Positions 33,103 to 44,929 of a DNA stretch of 64,000 bases are shown piece after piece (positions within the stretch are counted from its first letter, which is position 1; the number at the start of each line of letters is the position of its first letter). Under the pieces are notes generated by a model. That model ran no database searches and had not been told where the DNA came from. It was given only the letters and a program-made list of their open reading frames with translations. Origin of the DNA: an uncultured Gemmatimonadales bacterium (GTDB lineage Bacteria > Gemmatimonadota > Gemmatimonadetes > Gemmatimonadales > Gemmatimonadaceae); the NCBI GenBank assembly GCA_963707505.1, contig CAVPQB010000005.1, forward strand, positions 32,001 through 96,000, written 5' to 3'. Made by a program: the position numbers and the translations under genes.

Positions 33103-33729
33103 CTACGGCTTTGGACGCGTCACGCCCGCCGGCTTCTGTGCTGGACCAACCGGCTTCGGCGATGCCGTCGTCGTTGAAGCGGCTCCCGCCTTCGGGGGAC
33201 CAAGTGCCTTGAGCTTCGCGAGAACCATGTCGGTGAGATCGAGCGACTTGTCAGCCGATACGAGTGCGCTGCCCTGGGCGCCGACGTCGAAGATCATCGT
33301 GTAGCCGCCCTGAGAGCGAACCTGGTCGAGCACCTGTGAAACCTGATCCATCAGCGGGCGTGCCAGATCTGCCTGGCGCTGCTGCATCTGATTGTTCAGG
33401 TCCTGCGCGCGCTGCGTGAACGCGGCTTCGGTGTCGCGGATCGTCTTGCCGCGCGCTTCCTTGCGTGCGCTGTCGAGGGCCGGTGCGTCCTTTTCGTAGG
33501 TCGCGACCATGCCCTTGAGCGAGTCGTCCATCTGCTGCAACTGCGCCCGCGCTGTCGCCATCTCCTTGTTGTACGTCGATTCGGCCTCTGCCCGACCCGG
33601 CGCTTCCGCGAGGATCTTCTGGGAGTTGATATAGGCCAACTTGACCGGCGCCGCCTGCGCGAATGCCGAAGGAGCGAGTGCGAGTGTCGCTGCCGCAAAC
33701 ATCGCGGAGTGCATCCATTTGCTCATCAT
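33103..33729 (-). CDS. skp: periplasmic chaperone Skp/OmpH
   Basis: Signal peptide, KLAYINSQKIL, long coiled coil, GYTMIFD and DLTDMVL; between bamA and lpxD. Confidence 0.92.
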   Translation of the reverse strand: MMSKWMHSAMFAAATLALAPSAFAQAAPVKLAYINSQKILAEAPGRAEAESTYNKEMATARAQLQQMDDSLKGMVATYEKDAPALDSARKEARGKTIRDTEAAFTQRAQDLNNQMQQRQADLARPLMDQVSQVLDQVRSQGGYTMIFDVGAQGSALVSADKSLDLTDMVLAKLKALGPPKAGAASTTTASPKPVGPAQKPAGVTRPKP

Positions 33730-33735
33730 ATTTTC

Positions 33736-36169
33736 CTAGAAGTACTGTCCAAGTTTGAAGTGGACTTTCCACCCCGGGTTAGAGTGCCCCTGCGCGTCCA
33801 CCCGGTCCAGGCCGTACGCGAAGTCGACACCAAGAGGGCCGAGCGGACTCACCACTGAGCCGCCCACGCCTACACTACGAAAGAGACGCGTTGGATCGAA
33901 GTCTCGCGGCCGCGCCCACACATTGCCGCCTTCCATGAACGTATCGAGATACACCGATTGATTGATCCGGAGCCCCAGCTCCGCGGTCGTGACAAAGAAC
34001 GCGTTCCCGAACGAGGTCGTCTTGGCGTTGCCGTTACACGCCGATGGATCGTATCCGGCGGGCGTGATGGAAAATTCGCAGTAGCCGCGCAGCGGCTCGC
34101 CGTACTGAGTGCCACCGAGTGCGAACGACTGCGACGAGAAGAACGGGCCCGGATCGCCGAGCACCGCACCTGCGCGCGCCGTGAGGCCCGCCACGATCGT
34201 CATCGGCTCGCCACCGAGCGGATTGCCGCCTATGTACGCCAGCGGCGCATACGAGCGGAGTTCCGTCGTGTACTTCTGGAAGTTGGCAGTTCCGCCGAGC
34301 GGCCCGCCGTTGAACGATGCACTGAAGTTCTGCAGGCCGCCCTGCGTCGCGAACGGAAGCCCAAGCCGCGTATCATGCTGATAGGACACGCCGAGCGACG
34401 ATCGGAAACAGCTCTTGCAGCTTGTGATGATCGTGCTGAGCAACGTACCCTGGTCATTCGCATACTTCACCGACTCGCCACCATAGGAGAGGAAGATGCG
34501 GCTGAAGTATGAATTGGGAACCGGGAAGCCGAACTGGATCTGACCACCGATGCGCGTACTCTGACCGAGGTCGGCGATGGTGTAGCGCGTCTTTGTGTCG
34601 TACGCCGTCACCGATCCGGAGATGCGCGAATCGCGAATGTTCGGATCGGAGTACGTGAGGCTGAAATCGTTGATGTACTTGCCGAACTGCCAGTTGAGCT
34701 GCGCGCGCTTGCAACGCCCGAACAGATTTGGCTGGTCCAGTCCGATGAATCCACCCAGTCCGGTGCCCTGACCCATCGACGCACCGAAGTTGACGTTGCC
34801 GGTGCGCTTCTCCTTCACCTTGAAGGTGATGTCGACGTCACCGTTTTCATCCGGTGTGACTTCCGGCTCTGGCATCGGCGAATCGAAGAAATTCAGATTC
34901 GCGATGTTCTGATAGCTGCGAATGAGATAGTCGCGCTTGAACACCTGGCCTGGCGCCATGACGATCTGTTCGCGTATGCACGACTCGTAAGTGTAGTCGT
35001 TGCCCGCGATGTCGATTCTATTCACTATCGCCGGCGACTTTTCCTCGATGTCCCAGCGCAGGTTGACCTTGCGGACGGAATCCTGCGACGGCACGCGTTC
35101 CTCCACCGGAGTGACGACAGCGTAGATGTAACCCTCGTTGCTGTACGCTTCCTTCACCTTCTCCGTCGCGTCGGTCCAGCGCGATTCATCGAAGGTTCCC
35201 TTCGGGCTTTTGTACGTGTGGTGAACCAGGCCGAGCGCGCTCTCCGCCAGCGATCGATCTTCGCGATCGAATGGGAAATAGTTGCGCAGCTGTTCCTGCG
35301 TGAACGCGCTTGTTCCCGAGAATCTCGAAATTGCCGACCGTATAGCGCGGACCGTCCTGAACGTTCAGCTGGATCTCACCCTTGCCGTTCTGTTTATCAA
35401 CGCGCATGGTGTCCTGCAACAGCCTGAAGTCGATGTAGCCGCGACTCGCATACAGTGACGGAACGCGATCTGTGAGATCGCCCGCGAAGGTGGCGTCGTC
35501 GAACTCGCCGTTCCGAAACCACCAGAACCCTTCGGGCTTGGTCTGCATCGCACCGACGATAGCGCTCGACGGAACCGAGCGGTTTCCTGTAACGCCTATA
35601 CCGGAAATCGCGAGACGCCTTCCTTCGGTCACGTCGAAAGTCAGGGTAAGCTGATCGTTGGCAAGCGAGGAATCGACGTGCACGCGAGCGAGATAGAATC
35701 CCTTGCTCTCGTACAGTGAATCGGTGCGCGAGATCGCGAGCGCGACTTTCGCAGGATCGACGGCGGTTCCAATCGGAAGGTCGAGACGCTCCTTCACATC
35801 CTTGGCCGACACCTGATCCACGCCGTGCACCGACATGCTCGCGAGTACAGGTCGCTCCTTGACCTGCACGTCGAGCGAAGCCTTGTTCGTCTTGGGATCG
35901 ACGGTGCAGATGACGTGGACGTCATCGTAATTGCCGGTTGCGTACAGCGCTTTGACTGCGCGCTGCACGTCGCGGTAGTTGAGCGTGGTCTTGGGGACCA
36001 GGCCGATGGTTGCGCGCACCGTTGCGTTGTCGACGCGCGAGTTACCCGTCACCGTGATCGTATCGGGCACCGAGCATCGGCCGCCCGCAACCGTGGAATC
36101 TGCCCCCTGGGCGTACAAAGGGAGCCCTACCAGCGCTAAGGCCAGCAGGCTCCCAGCAAACTTGAACAT
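33736..36169 (-). CDS. bamA: outer membrane protein assembly factor BamA; one apparent 1-nt insertion near 35306
   Basis: Signal peptide, POTRA repeats, VKEKRTG, PNLFGR, LRGY, SPLGPLGVDFAYG and C-terminal GQYF. Removing one base at AAG CGC G TTC joins ORFs 35186-36283 and 33736-35157. Confidence 0.95.
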
Positions 36170-36740
36170 CCCTCTAATATACCACGACGGTCGGTTTGAG
36201 CGCATCCATCCATGACTCGAGTTTGCATCAATTATCAGGTCCGTACGACACCACGAGGTGCAGGAAAGTTGCGCGTGCGACACAGCATTCTTTTGCTGCA
36301 GACTTTGACCTCACAACTCAAGTATTGCGCTCGCGCTGCCGACACCAAGATGTGTCACGCGTGTGGCCACCCATCCCGGTCCGCGAGCAGCACACGCCGC
36401 GCCCGCTCACTGACCAGCCATACTACCGCCCAGTTTAACTACTGACGCCAAGCACCTTTGACCGCCGCTCCTTTGAGCGGCGGTTCGCGTTTCCCCCCAC
36501 GCCCGGCACCTCCGTTCGGCGCGGCCAAGTCCCGTCCAGCGCGTGCGACCCGCACCCGCTGTCCATGTGGGGCACGGACGCGACACCTGTTGCGGCCGCG
36601 CACGACCACTCCCCGCAGTTGGTACATCTGTTCTGCAAGGAGGGTCCATGACGGTTCCATTCGGCGCATTATCCGGACGAGATAACCGGAATACCGGCGG
36701 GTTCTCAACTCGGAATGACAGGAAACTGACGGTGCATCCG

Positions 36741-36755
36741 TGGCCCCGCGCTTGC
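36741..36755 (+). promoter_or_regulatory. sigma-54 (-24/-12) promoter
   Basis: TGGCCCCGCGCTTGC has the exact GG-N10-GC spacing and one mismatch to TGGCAC-N5-TTGC; it lies 60 nt upstream of the PEP-CTERM gene. Confidence 0.75.
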
Positions 36756-36815
36756 CTCTGTTTGGCTCTGACCAACCCACAGTCCCTTTACGCTCAAGTC
36801 CCTTAGGACAAAACA

Positions 36816-37349
36816 ATGTCTATCGCCAAGCTCCTCGTCGCAACGGCAATCGCTGCTGCCCCAATCAGCGTAGTGGCAGGCCAGTCGGGCGTTCCCGCCG
36901 ACAGTGGCAGTGACCACCATGCGCGCGGATGGATCGCTGGCGCTGGGGCTGTCGCCGGAGCCGGCCTCTTCCTGGCCTTCACGCAGTCCGGCCAGAACAA
37001 GTCCGCCAACAATTCCGGCTTCAATTTCCACGCGGCGACGACGCCGGGTGCCCACGACCCCGCTCCAACGGGCGGCGCGACGCCACCGAGCCCCGCCGAC
37101 ACGCCATCGAGTCCGACAGACACGGGCACTGTGACCCCGCCCGGTCCACAGAACAATCCACCCGTAGTCAATGACGGCAACCCGCCCTCGAACGACGGGC
37201 CCAACGCTCCCACCGGTGAGACGCCGCCGCGCAACGACGATCCGGGGTTCGTACCCGATGCCAGCACGGTTCCTGAGCCCGGCTCAGCTGCTCTCCTCGC
37301 GACCGGCATCATCGGACTGGCACCCCTGCTCCGTAAGCGCCGCAAGTAG
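36816..37349 (+). CDS. PEP-CTERM sorting-domain protein, Pro/Thr/Gly-rich
   Basis: N-terminal signal peptide; C-terminal STVPEPGS, TM segment, then RKRRK; RBS AGGA upstream. Confidence 0.9.
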   Translation: MSIAKLLVATAIAAAPISVVAGQSGVPADSGSDHHARGWIAGAGAVAGAGLFLAFTQSGQNKSANNSGFNFHAATTPGAHDPAPTGGATPPSPADTPSSPTDTGTVTPPGPQNNPPVVNDGNPPSNDGPNAPTGETPPRNDDPGFVPDASTVPEPGSAALLATGIIGLAPLLRKRRK

Positions 37350-37373
37350 GACAGCCGGGAAGGGCGGAACACG

Positions 37374-37411
37374 AAAAAGCGGGTGAGGCATCGAGCCTCA
37401 CCCGCTTTTTT
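37374..37411. terminator. bidirectional intrinsic terminator between the PEP-CTERM gene and clpC
   Basis: AAAAAGCGGGTGAGGC-atcga-GCCTCACCCGCTTTTTT. Confidence 0.92.
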
Positions 37412-37432
37412 CATCGGTCCGAGCGCGCTGAG

Positions 37433-39925
37433 CTAAGCCGCGCTCGCCTTGGTCATGACACGGAACTCGAGCTTCTCGCCCTCGGCCGCAGTGTCGACCT
37501 CGATCTCGTCTCCCTTGGCAAACTCCGCCATGAGGATCTTCTCCGAGAGCGGGTCCTCGATGTAGCGCTGAATCGCCCGCTTGAGCGGACGAGCGCCAAA
37601 CTTGTCATCGTAGCCGTGCTTCACCAGGAAGTTCGCCGCCGGCTCGGTGAGCCGTAGAATCAGCTCCTCGTCGGCCAGGCGCTTCTGCACATCGCGCAGA
37701 ACCACATCGACGATCGAGCGGATGTGCTCGCGCGACAGCGGGTGGAACACGATCACGTCGTCCAGCCGGTTGAGGAACTCCGGATTGAACGTGTGCGACA
37801 TCTCTTCCTTCACACGCTGGACGATGCGCTCGAACGAGTCGCGCGATTCACCGGTATTGAAGCCGAGCGAGCCACCCTTGGTGATGTCCTTGGCGCCGAC
37901 GTTCGACGTCATGATGACGACAGTGTTCTTGAAATCGATCACACGCCCGTAGTTGTCGGTCAGGTGTCCCTCATCCAGCACCTGCAGGAGGATGTTGAAC
38001 ACGTCCGGGTGCGCCTTCTCGATCTCATCCAGAAGGATCACGCTGTAGGGCTTGCGACGCACAGCCTTGGTGAGCGTACCAGAATCCTCGTAGCCGACGT
38101 AGCCCGGAGGCGCGCCGATCAACCGCGACACGGAGAACTTCTCCATGTATTCGCTCATGTCGACGCGGATCAACGCACTCGCGTCCGCAAACAGGAACTT
38201 GGCGAGCGAGCGCGCAAGCTCGGTCTTTCCGACGCCGGTTGGCCCCGAGAAGATGAACGACCCGATCGGACGAGCAGGATCCTTGAGTCCGGCACGGCTG
38301 CGACGAATCGAGCGCGACAACGCCCTGATCGCCTCGTCCTGTCCGATGACTGACGCATGAAGCTCATCCTCCATCCGAAGCAGACGCGCAGTCTCCGCTT
38401 CCTGAAGTCGTCTAACCGGGATGCCGGTCCAACGGCTCACGATGAAGGAGATCTCATCCTCTCCGAGCACAGGGCGATGCGATTGACGCCGCTTGTCCCA
38501 ATCCTCCTGCGCGTGCTTGATCTGCGCCTGCAGATCGCGCTCCTTGTCGCGCAGTGAAGCTGCACGCTCGAAGTTCTGATCTCGCACGGCCGTTTCCTTC
38601 TCGGCGTTGACGCCTTCCAGATCGTGCTTGAGAGCCAGCACCTCGGGCGGCGGAGCCTGCGTTGCCAGACGAGCGCGAGCGCCAGCCTCGTCGATCACGT
38701 CGATCGCCTTGTCCGGGAGGAATCTGTCGGTGATGTAACGCTCCGACATCTTCGCGGCCGCGACGAGCGTGAGATCGGGGATCGTCACCTTGTGGTGATC
38801 CTCGTACTTGCTGCGTAGTCCTTTCAGTATCTCGACCGTGTCGTCAACCGAAGGCGGCTCGACGACTACAGTCTGGAAGCGACGCTCGAGAGCGCCATCC
38901 TTCTCGATGTATTTGCGGTACTCGTTGAGCGTCGACGCACCAACGCACTGCAGCTCGCCGCGCGCGAGTGCGGGCTTGAGCATGTTGCTCGCGTCGATGG
39001 CGCCTTCTGCAGCGCCAGCGCCGACGAGCGTGTGCAGCTCATCGATGAAGAGAATGATGTTCTTGTTCTGCGCGATCTCGTTCATCACGGCCTTGAGACG
39101 CTCCTCGAACTGGCCGCGATACTTTGTGCCTGCGATGACCGCCGCCATGTCGAGCGACAGAACACGGTTGTCGCGCAACGAATCAGGGCACTCGCCAGTC
39201 GCGATGAGCTGCGCGAGTCCTTCGACGATCGCCGTCTTGCCGACACCGGGCTCGCCGATCAGAACAGGATTGTTCTTCTTGCGGCGCGTGAGGATTTCCA
39301 TGACGCGCTCGATTTCTTTCGCGCGCCCGATCGTCGGATCGAGCTGGCCTTCGGCAGCGAGCTGCGTGAGGTCGCGGCAGAAATGATCGAGTGCTGGCGT
39401 CTTGGACTTCTTCTCGCCCTTTGCGGCTGGCGGCGTGGCTGGTGCACCGGCGGTGGCCGCAGCACCCGCACCCTGCGGAAGCTCGGTGCCAAGCAGACGC
39501 AACGTTTCCTTGCGCGCTTCGTCGAGATTGATTCCAGCGTCGGTAAGTACCTGTGCGGCAATTCCCTTCTCCTCGCGCAGAAGGCCGAGCAGAAGATGTT
39601 CCGTACCGACATACGAATGATTCAGCTCCCGAGCTTCAGCCATTGCGAGCTCGAGAACTTTCTTTGCGCGTGATGTATAGGGAAGGTCCGGACCCGTAGC
39701 GACAGTTGCTTTCCCCTTCTTCACCGTCTCTTCGATCTTCTGTTGAATGTCGTCGAGATCGATGCTGAGGTTTTGCAGGACCGCCGCTGCAACGCCTTCG
39801 CCTTCGCGAATCAGCCCGAGCAGAATGTGCTCGGTGCCAACGTATTCGTGGTGCAGACGCGCAGCTTCCTCGCGTGCCATTGCGAGAACCTTGCGCACCC
39901 GCTCCGTGAAGTTGTATCCGTTCAT
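37433..39925 (-). CDS. clpC: ATP-dependent Clp protease ATP-binding subunit ClpC
   Basis: Two Clp-N repeats (YVGTEH), [11 protein letters not shown] middle domain [19 protein letters not shown] and GAPPGYVGY. Confidence 0.97.
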   Translation of the reverse strand: MNGYNFTERVRKVLAMAREEAARLHHEYVGTEHILLGLIREGEGVAAAVLQNLSIDLDDIQQKIEETVKKGKATVATGPDLPYTSRAKKVLELAMAEARELNHSYVGTEHLLLGLLREEKGIAAQVLTDAGINLDEARKETLRLLGTELPQGAGAAATAGAPATPPAAKGEKKSKTPALDHFCRDLTQLAAEGQLDPTIGRAKEIERVMEILTRRKKNNPVLIGEPGVGKTAIVEGLAQLIATGECPDSLRDNRVLSLDMAAVIAGTKYRGQFEERLKAVMNEIAQNKNIILFIDELHTLVGAGAAEGAIDASNMLKPALARGELQCVGASTLNEYRKYIEKDGALERRFQTVVVEPPSVDDTVEILKGLRSKYEDHHKVTIPDLTLVAAAKMSERYITDRFLPDKAIDVIDEAGARARLATQAPPPEVLALKHDLEGVNAEKETAVRDQNFERAASLRDKERDLQAQIKHAQEDWDKRRQSHRPVLGEDEISFIVSRWTGIPVRRLQEAETARLLRMEDELHASVIGQDEAIRALSRSIRRSRAGLKDPARPIGSFIFSGPTGVGKTELARSLAKFLFADASALIRVDMSEYMEKFSVSRLIGAPPGYVGYEDSGTLTKAVRRKPYSVILLDEIEKAHPDVFNILLQVLDEGHLTDNYGRVIDFKNTVVIMTSNVGAKDITKGGSLGFNTGESRDSFERIVQRVKEEMSHTFNPEFLNRLDDVIVFHPLSREHIRSIVDVVLRDVQKRLADEELILRLTEPAANFLVKHGYDDKFGARPLKRAIQRYIEDPLSEKILMAEFAKGDEIEVDTAAEGEKLEFRVMTKASAA

Positions 39926-40998
39926 TGGGCAGCCCTTTCCAAAGTCTCCCGTACGAAGGCAGCGCGAACGACGCTTGCCTCATCCTCTGTCAATACGCGT
40001 CCCTCGCGTGCGGAGAGATGCGCTGATTGAGTGAATACCAGGAGTTCGTTAAGAATGTATACACTCAGTCCGTCGATCAGTTTCAGTCCGGTAGCCAGAC
40101 GAACACCACTCAGAAAATTCATTGCCTCGTCAAAAGAGAGGCTTCTCGCGTACCGCAGCGTGCCGTATGCCCGCCACAACTTGTCCTCTAGAATATACTC
40201 CGCGTCCCGAAGGAGCACTTTACGTGCTTCCAGCTCTTTTTCGATGACATGCCGAACGATATCCTGCAGGTAATCCAGCAGATCCTGTTCGGATTTCCCG
40301 AGTGTGGTCTGATTGGAAATCTGGAACAGATTCCCTATGACCTCACTGCCCTCTCCATATAAGCCTCGGTACGTCAGGCCGACCTGCTGAAGGCCGACCA
40401 GCACTCTGCCAATCTCCTTGGTCAGAACGAGCGCGGGCAGGTGAACGAGCACGGATGCCCGGAGGCCCGTACCGACGTTGGTCGGGCATGCGGTGAGGAA
40501 TCCAAACTCGCGGTGATACGCGAACGGGACACGCTGCCCCAGCTCGACGTCGATGTCACGCGCATCCGCAAATGCCCGGTCCAGATCCAGCCCGGACCGC
40601 ATCGCCTGGATCCGGAGATGGTCTTCCTCGTTCACCATGATGGCAACGTCGCGCCCGACGTGAACTGCCGCGCCGCTGCGGGGCTGGGTTCCAGTATCGA
40701 GCGCCGCGAGCTCCTTGCTCACGACGTGGCGCTCATGCAACAGCAGCCGGTCCGGCTCATCCAGCTGGTCGACGCGCACCAGGACGCCGTCCCGTGCGGC
40801 CGGAATCACCGATAGCGCGTCCCTGACCTGCGAAAGCACTCTCAGGCGCTCGCCCTCTCGGGCGCGGCCCGAGAAGGCGTAGCCCTCGACGTTGCGGGCC
40901 AGGCGTACGCGTGTGGACAGAACGACACCCGCCTGCTCGCCGGTGCCGTCCATCCAGCCGAGGCCGCCGCCCGGAAGGGTCTCTGGATCGAAGCTCAT
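39922..40998 (-). CDS. mcsB: protein arginine kinase
   Basis: LSTRVRLARN, MVNEEDHLRIQ, FLTACPTNVGTGLRAS, RGLYGEGS and FQISNQTTLG. Confidence 0.96.
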   Translation of the reverse strand: MSFDPETLPGGGLGWMDGTGEQAGVVLSTRVRLARNVEGYAFSGRAREGERLRVLSQVRDALSVIPAARDGVLVRVDQLDEPDRLLLHERHVVSKELAALDTGTQPRSGAAVHVGRDVAIMVNEEDHLRIQAMRSGLDLDRAFADARDIDVELGQRVPFAYHREFGFLTACPTNVGTGLRASVLVHLPALVLTKEIGRVLVGLQQVGLTYRGLYGEGSEVIGNLFQISNQTTLGKSEQDLLDYLQDIVRHVIEKELEARKVLLRDAEYILEDKLWRAYGTLRYARSLSFDEAMNFLSGVRLATGLKLIDGLSVYILNELLVFTQSAHLSAREGRVLTEDEASVVRAAFVRETLERAAQ

Positions 40999-41483
40999 TC
41001 GATCGCCCGGAGCTGGTCGCGCAGCGACGCCGCCAGCTCGAATTCCTCGTTCCGGATCGCCCGCTCGAGCCGCTCACGCAGCCGGTCCGGCGATGCTGGA
41101 ATCGGCGCTTCGAGCGCGCCTTGTGCGCCACTGTACTCTCGGCCTCGATGCTGCCCCTGTCCATGCACCTTTCGGAGCAGTTCGCGGAGGCTCTGTTCGA
41201 AGGCGGTATAGCAGTACGGACAGCCAAGCCTGCCAGTCTGGCGGAAGTCACGCAGTGTGGACGAGCAGAACGAGCAGCGCACCGCGTCGGTCTGTGACGG
41301 CGAAATGTGTTGCTGAACCGATTGAAGGAAATCCGTCACCCCTGGTGGTGGCGCCGAGACCGACGCCTGGAGTCCGCGCTCGGCGGCGCACTGCTCGCAG
41401 AGCCGAACCTGACGCACTCCGTTCCCGTCTATCTCCGTGACGGTTATGACTACGTCATTTTCCTTGCAAACCTCACACAGCAC
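40995..41483 (-). CDS. mcsA: McsA (CxxC zinc motifs plus UVR domain), activator of McsB
   Basis: CEVC, LCEQCA, CSFC, GRLGCPYCY and EEFELAASLRDQL. Confidence 0.94.
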   Translation of the reverse strand: MLCEVCKENDVVITVTEIDGNGVRQVRLCEQCAAERGLQASVSAPPPGVTDFLQSVQQHISPSQTDAVRCSFCSSTLRDFRQTGRLGCPYCYTAFEQSLRELLRKVHGQGQHRGREYSGAQGALEAPIPASPDRLRERLERAIRNEEFELAASLRDQLRAIE

Positions 41484-42189
41484 CGATCCAGCCTCCTCCC
41501 TCGCCCTGCACGATTTCCGACAATCTTCCTTCCTTCAACTGATACACCGCTCGCGCCCTGTCGGCCAGGGACATGTTGTGTGTGACGACAACCATCCCGA
41601 CGCCCAGATCTCGCACGACTTCGGCCAACAGGTCGTGCAACCGCTCGCCGTTTGCGAGATCCAGGTTACCTGACGGCTCGTCGGCCAGGACGACACCCGG
41701 CGACGCTGCAAGCGCGCGCGCGACGGCTGTCCGCTGTTGCTCCCCGCCACTCAGCTCGCCCGGCCGGTGATGCAGTCGTCCGGCGAGGCCGACACGTTCC
41801 AGAAGCGATGTCGCGCGTGCTTCGGCCACGGCCGGAGTCTCACCCGCGATGCGAAGTGGAAGCGCAACATTTTCCAGCGCGGAGAACTCCCGCAGAAGGT
41901 GGTGAAACTGGAACACGAAACCGACACCGCGGTTTCGCACGGCCGCAAGCTCTTCGTCCGAACGATCGGAGAGAAGACGGTCAGACAACAGCACATCACC
42001 GGAGGTGGGGCGGTCCAGTCCGCCCAGTATGTGCAGCAGAGTGCTCTTCCCCGAGCCGCTTTCTCCGATTATCGCAAGCATCTCACCCGACTCGACGCGT
42101 AGATCGACTCCACGCAGCACATCCAGCGCGACACCATCGCCGCCGATGTAACGTTTCGTCACGCCGCGACTTTCCAGAACCGTTGTCAT
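41473..42189 (-). CDS. lolD: lipoprotein-releasing ABC transporter ATP-binding protein
   Basis: GESGSGKST, GFVFQFHHLL, LSGGEQQR and LADEPSGNLD; ATG 42189 overlaps the lolC/E stop. Confidence 0.93.
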   Translation of the reverse strand: MTTVLESRGVTKRYIGGDGVALDVLRGVDLRVESGEMLAIIGESGSGKSTLLHILGGLDRPTSGDVLLSDRLLSDRSDEELAAVRNRGVGFVFQFHHLLREFSALENVALPLRIAGETPAVAEARATSLLERVGLAGRLHHRPGELSGGEQQRTAVARALAASPGVVLADEPSGNLDLANGERLHDLLAEVVRDLGVGMVVVTHNMSLADRARAVYQLKEGRLSEIVQGEGGGWIGAV

Positions 42190-43436
42190 TCGGACCGAAT
42201 CGCGTCGACGGGATACAGCTTGGCTGCCTGAATTGCCGGATACAATGTCGCGAGCGCCGCAATCAGCAGGCTTGCGACGACAATCAATATCACGTCGCGC
42301 GGTTGTGTCGTCACCGGAAGGTGATCTATGAAATATACCGACGGATCCAGCTTGATGAATTTGTATCTGTCGAGTGCGAGCGCCCCCGCAAAACCCAGCA
42401 CCAGGCCAAGACCCGTTCCGACTGCGCCGATGACCAGACCCTGCACCAGAAAGATGTTCCGGATCGCGGACGACCGGAGCCCCATCGCTTTGAGAATGCC
42501 GATCTCGCGCGTCTTGTCGTGCACCACCATCGACAGCGTGCTCACGATGTTGAACGCCGCCACGATGACGATCAACAACAGGATGACACTCATCCCGAGC
42601 TTCTCCAGCTTGAGCGCCTGGAACAGCGAATGGTTCTGCTCCTGCCAATCGACTGTGCGATACGGGAAGCCAAGGTGGTTCGTGATCGCGGTCGAAACGA
42701 CACCTGCGTTCCATCGGTCTTTCGTGCTCACTTCGAGACCTGTTACCGAGCTATCGATTCCCGCGAACTCCTGTGCGGAGCGCAGATCGATGTACACATA
42801 CGCGTTGTCGTATTCGTACATCCCGGTCTGGAAGACGCCGGTCACCTCGTACCGGTATACGCGCGGAATGTACGCACCGGTCGCCGCGTTCTGCTGAACA
42901 CCCGCAACCGAAATGAGATTGATCGTGTCGCCCGGCCACACATTGAAGCGCGACGCAAGCAGCTGTCCGATCACCACGCCACGGTGAGCTCCGTCCTCCG
43001 TTTCAAAGGAAAACTTTCCGCGAACCGCATGCTCACGAATGCTCGTGACTTCCGGGAAACCCGATCCCTTGCCGGGGATTCCGACCACGTAGACGCCGCT
43101 TGCGTAGGTTCTTCCGGCGTTCATCGCACCCTCGCTCTGCACGAACGGCGCGGACGCAACCACGCCGGGTACCTGGCGCACGCGCTTGAGCGCGAATCGC
43201 CAGGAATCCATCTTGAGATCGTCACCGTAGGTGAGCACGCGGATGTCGGGACTGCCGACGAGAATCTTCTCGCGCAGGTCGTGCTGCAGTCCGTTCATCA
43301 CACCGATGATGATTATCAGGGCGCTCACGCCTACGACGACGCCGGCAATTGCGATGACGCTTATGAACGACAACAACTTCGATCCGCGCCGGCTCCGCAA
43401 ATACCTCCAGGCGATCGCCAGCTCGAGGCGTGTCAT
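42186..43436 (-). CDS. lipoprotein-releasing ABC transporter permease (LolC/E/F family)
   Basis: [47 protein letters not shown] and ATLYPA. Confidence 0.95.
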   Translation of the reverse strand: MTRLELAIAWRYLRSRRGSKLLSFISVIAIAGVVVGVSALIIIIGVMNGLQHDLREKILVGSPDIRVLTYGDDLKMDSWRFALKRVRQVPGVVASAPFVQSEGAMNAGRTYASGVYVVGIPGKGSGFPEVTSIREHAVRGKFSFETEDGAHRGVVIGQLLASRFNVWPGDTINLISVAGVQQNAATGAYIPRVYRYEVTGVFQTGMYEYDNAYVYIDLRSAQEFAGIDSSVTGLEVSTKDRWNAGVVSTAITNHLGFPYRTVDWQEQNHSLFQALKLEKLGMSVILLLIVIVAAFNIVSTLSMVVHDKTREIGILKAMGLRSSAIRNIFLVQGLVIGAVGTGLGLVLGFAGALALDRYKFIKLDPSVYFIDHLPVTTQPRDVILIVVASLLIAALATLYPAIQAAKLYPVDAIRSE

Positions 43437-44929
43437 TCCGGTCGGAGGGTCGGAAAGAGAATTACGTCGCGGATGTGCTGGATTCCGGTGAGATACATGA
43501 GCAGACGATCGATTCCTATCCCGACCCCGCCTGCTGGTGGCATGCCGTACTCCATCGCGCGGAGATAATCCTCGTCGACGCCGGCAGCTTCGAGATCGCC
43601 GGCAGCCCGCAACCGCGCCTGCGCCTCGAACCGCTCGCGCTGATCGATCGGATCGTTCAGCTCGCTGAATGCGTTGGCGAGCTCGCGTCCGTTGGCGAAC
43701 AGCTCGAACCGTTCAGTAAGCCGCGCGTCGCCGCGCTTGGGCTTGGCCAGCGGCGACAGCTCGAGCGGATAATCCACCACGAACGTCGGCTCGACAATCT
43801 TCGACTCCACAAGCAGCTGGAATATCTCGTCCATCAGCTTGGGGCGGCTCATCGTGGCCGCGCGCGGAACACCGAGTCGCGTCGCGTGCTGTATCAATCC
43901 CTCGTGATCGAGCGCGAGAATATCGGCGCCAAGTCCAGCGTTGATTGCTCCAAGCCACTCGATGCGCCTGAACGGTGTCGTGAACACAGGCACCACCTCG
44001 GCGAACGATTCCACACCGCGCACCGCATCGGCGGCAGCTACGATGAGTCGCTCGACGACGTCCATCATCACTTCGTAATCGGCGTACGCCTCGTAGAACT
44101 CGAGCATCGTGAATTCCGGATTGTGCGTCCGGTCGACGCCCTCGTTTCTGAAGTCGTGTCCGATCTCATACACGCGCTCCATTCCGCCGATGATCAGCCG
44201 CTTGAGATACAACTCGTCGGCGATACGGAGATACAGCGCCATATCCAACGCGTTGTGCTGCGTCACGAATGGACGTGCTGCCGCTCCACCGTACAGCGGT
44301 TGCAGCACGGGTGTCTCCACTTCGAGATATCCACGCGCGTCCAGAAACGAGCGGATCGCGCCGGTCATTCGCGCCCGCGCGACGAACGTCGCGCGCACTT
44401 CAGGATTCACCGCAAGATCGGCGTAACGCTGACGGAACCGCTGCTCCGGATCGCTGAATCCCATGTGCCGGACGACGGATCCGTCGGCCGCGGTTTCTTC
44501 CTTGGCGAACGGCAGCGGACGAAGCGACTTGGCGAGGACGTCGAACGCAGCCACGCGAATCGTTGGCTCGCCACTTCGCGTGCGAAATACCACACCACTC
44601 ACGCCAATCACGTCGCCAATGTCGAGCATGTCGATCAGCGAATACGCGTCGCCCAGATCGTCGCGCCGGAAGTACAACTGAACGCGACCGGTTGCGTCGG
44701 CCAGATGCGCGAACGCTGTCTTGCCGTGTGCGCGCATCGAGACGATTCGCCCCGCCACGCTCACGCGCTCGGACGACTCGCCGGACTGATCTTCCGGAGC
44801 GAGCGAAACCGCGTGCTGCGCAGTCGAGGTGCGATCGAAGCTGTATGCAAACGGCTCTATGCCACGCGCGCGCATCGCGTCGAGCTTCTCGCGTCGCGCG
44901 GCCATCAGGAAGTGCAGCTCGTCCGTCAT
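43433..44929 (-). CDS. lysS: lysine--tRNA ligase (class II)
   Basis: [39 protein letters not shown] and [16 protein letters not shown]. Confidence 0.98.
   Translation of the reverse strand: MTDELHFLMAARREKLDAMRARGIEPFAYSFDRTSTAQHAVSLAPEDQSGESSERVSVAGRIVSMRAHGKTAFAHLADATGRVQLYFRRDDLGDAYSLIDMLDIGDVIGVSGVVFRTRSGEPTIRVAAFDVLAKSLRPLPFAKEETAADGSVVRHMGFSDPEQRFRQRYADLAVNPEVRATFVARARMTGAIRSFLDARGYLEVETPVLQPLYGGAAARPFVTQHNALDMALYLRIADELYLKRLIIGGMERVYEIGHDFRNEGVDRTHNPEFTMLEFYEAYADYEVMMDVVERLIVAAADAVRGVESFAEVVPVFTTPFRRIEWLGAINAGLGADILALDHEGLIQHATRLGVPRAATMSRPKLMDEIFQLLVESKIVEPTFVVDYPLELSPLAKPKRGDARLTERFELFANGRELANAFSELNDPIDQRERFEAQARLRAAGDLEAAGVDEDYLRAMEYGMPPAGGVGIGIDRLLMYLTGIQHIRDVILFPTLRPE

Noticed and set aside
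35295..35315. bamA split into POTRA and barrel genes, or programmed frameshifting in bamA or era
   Set aside because: A single-base correction restores each full-length protein, no slippery or stimulatory signal is visible, and the contig shows other indel errors.
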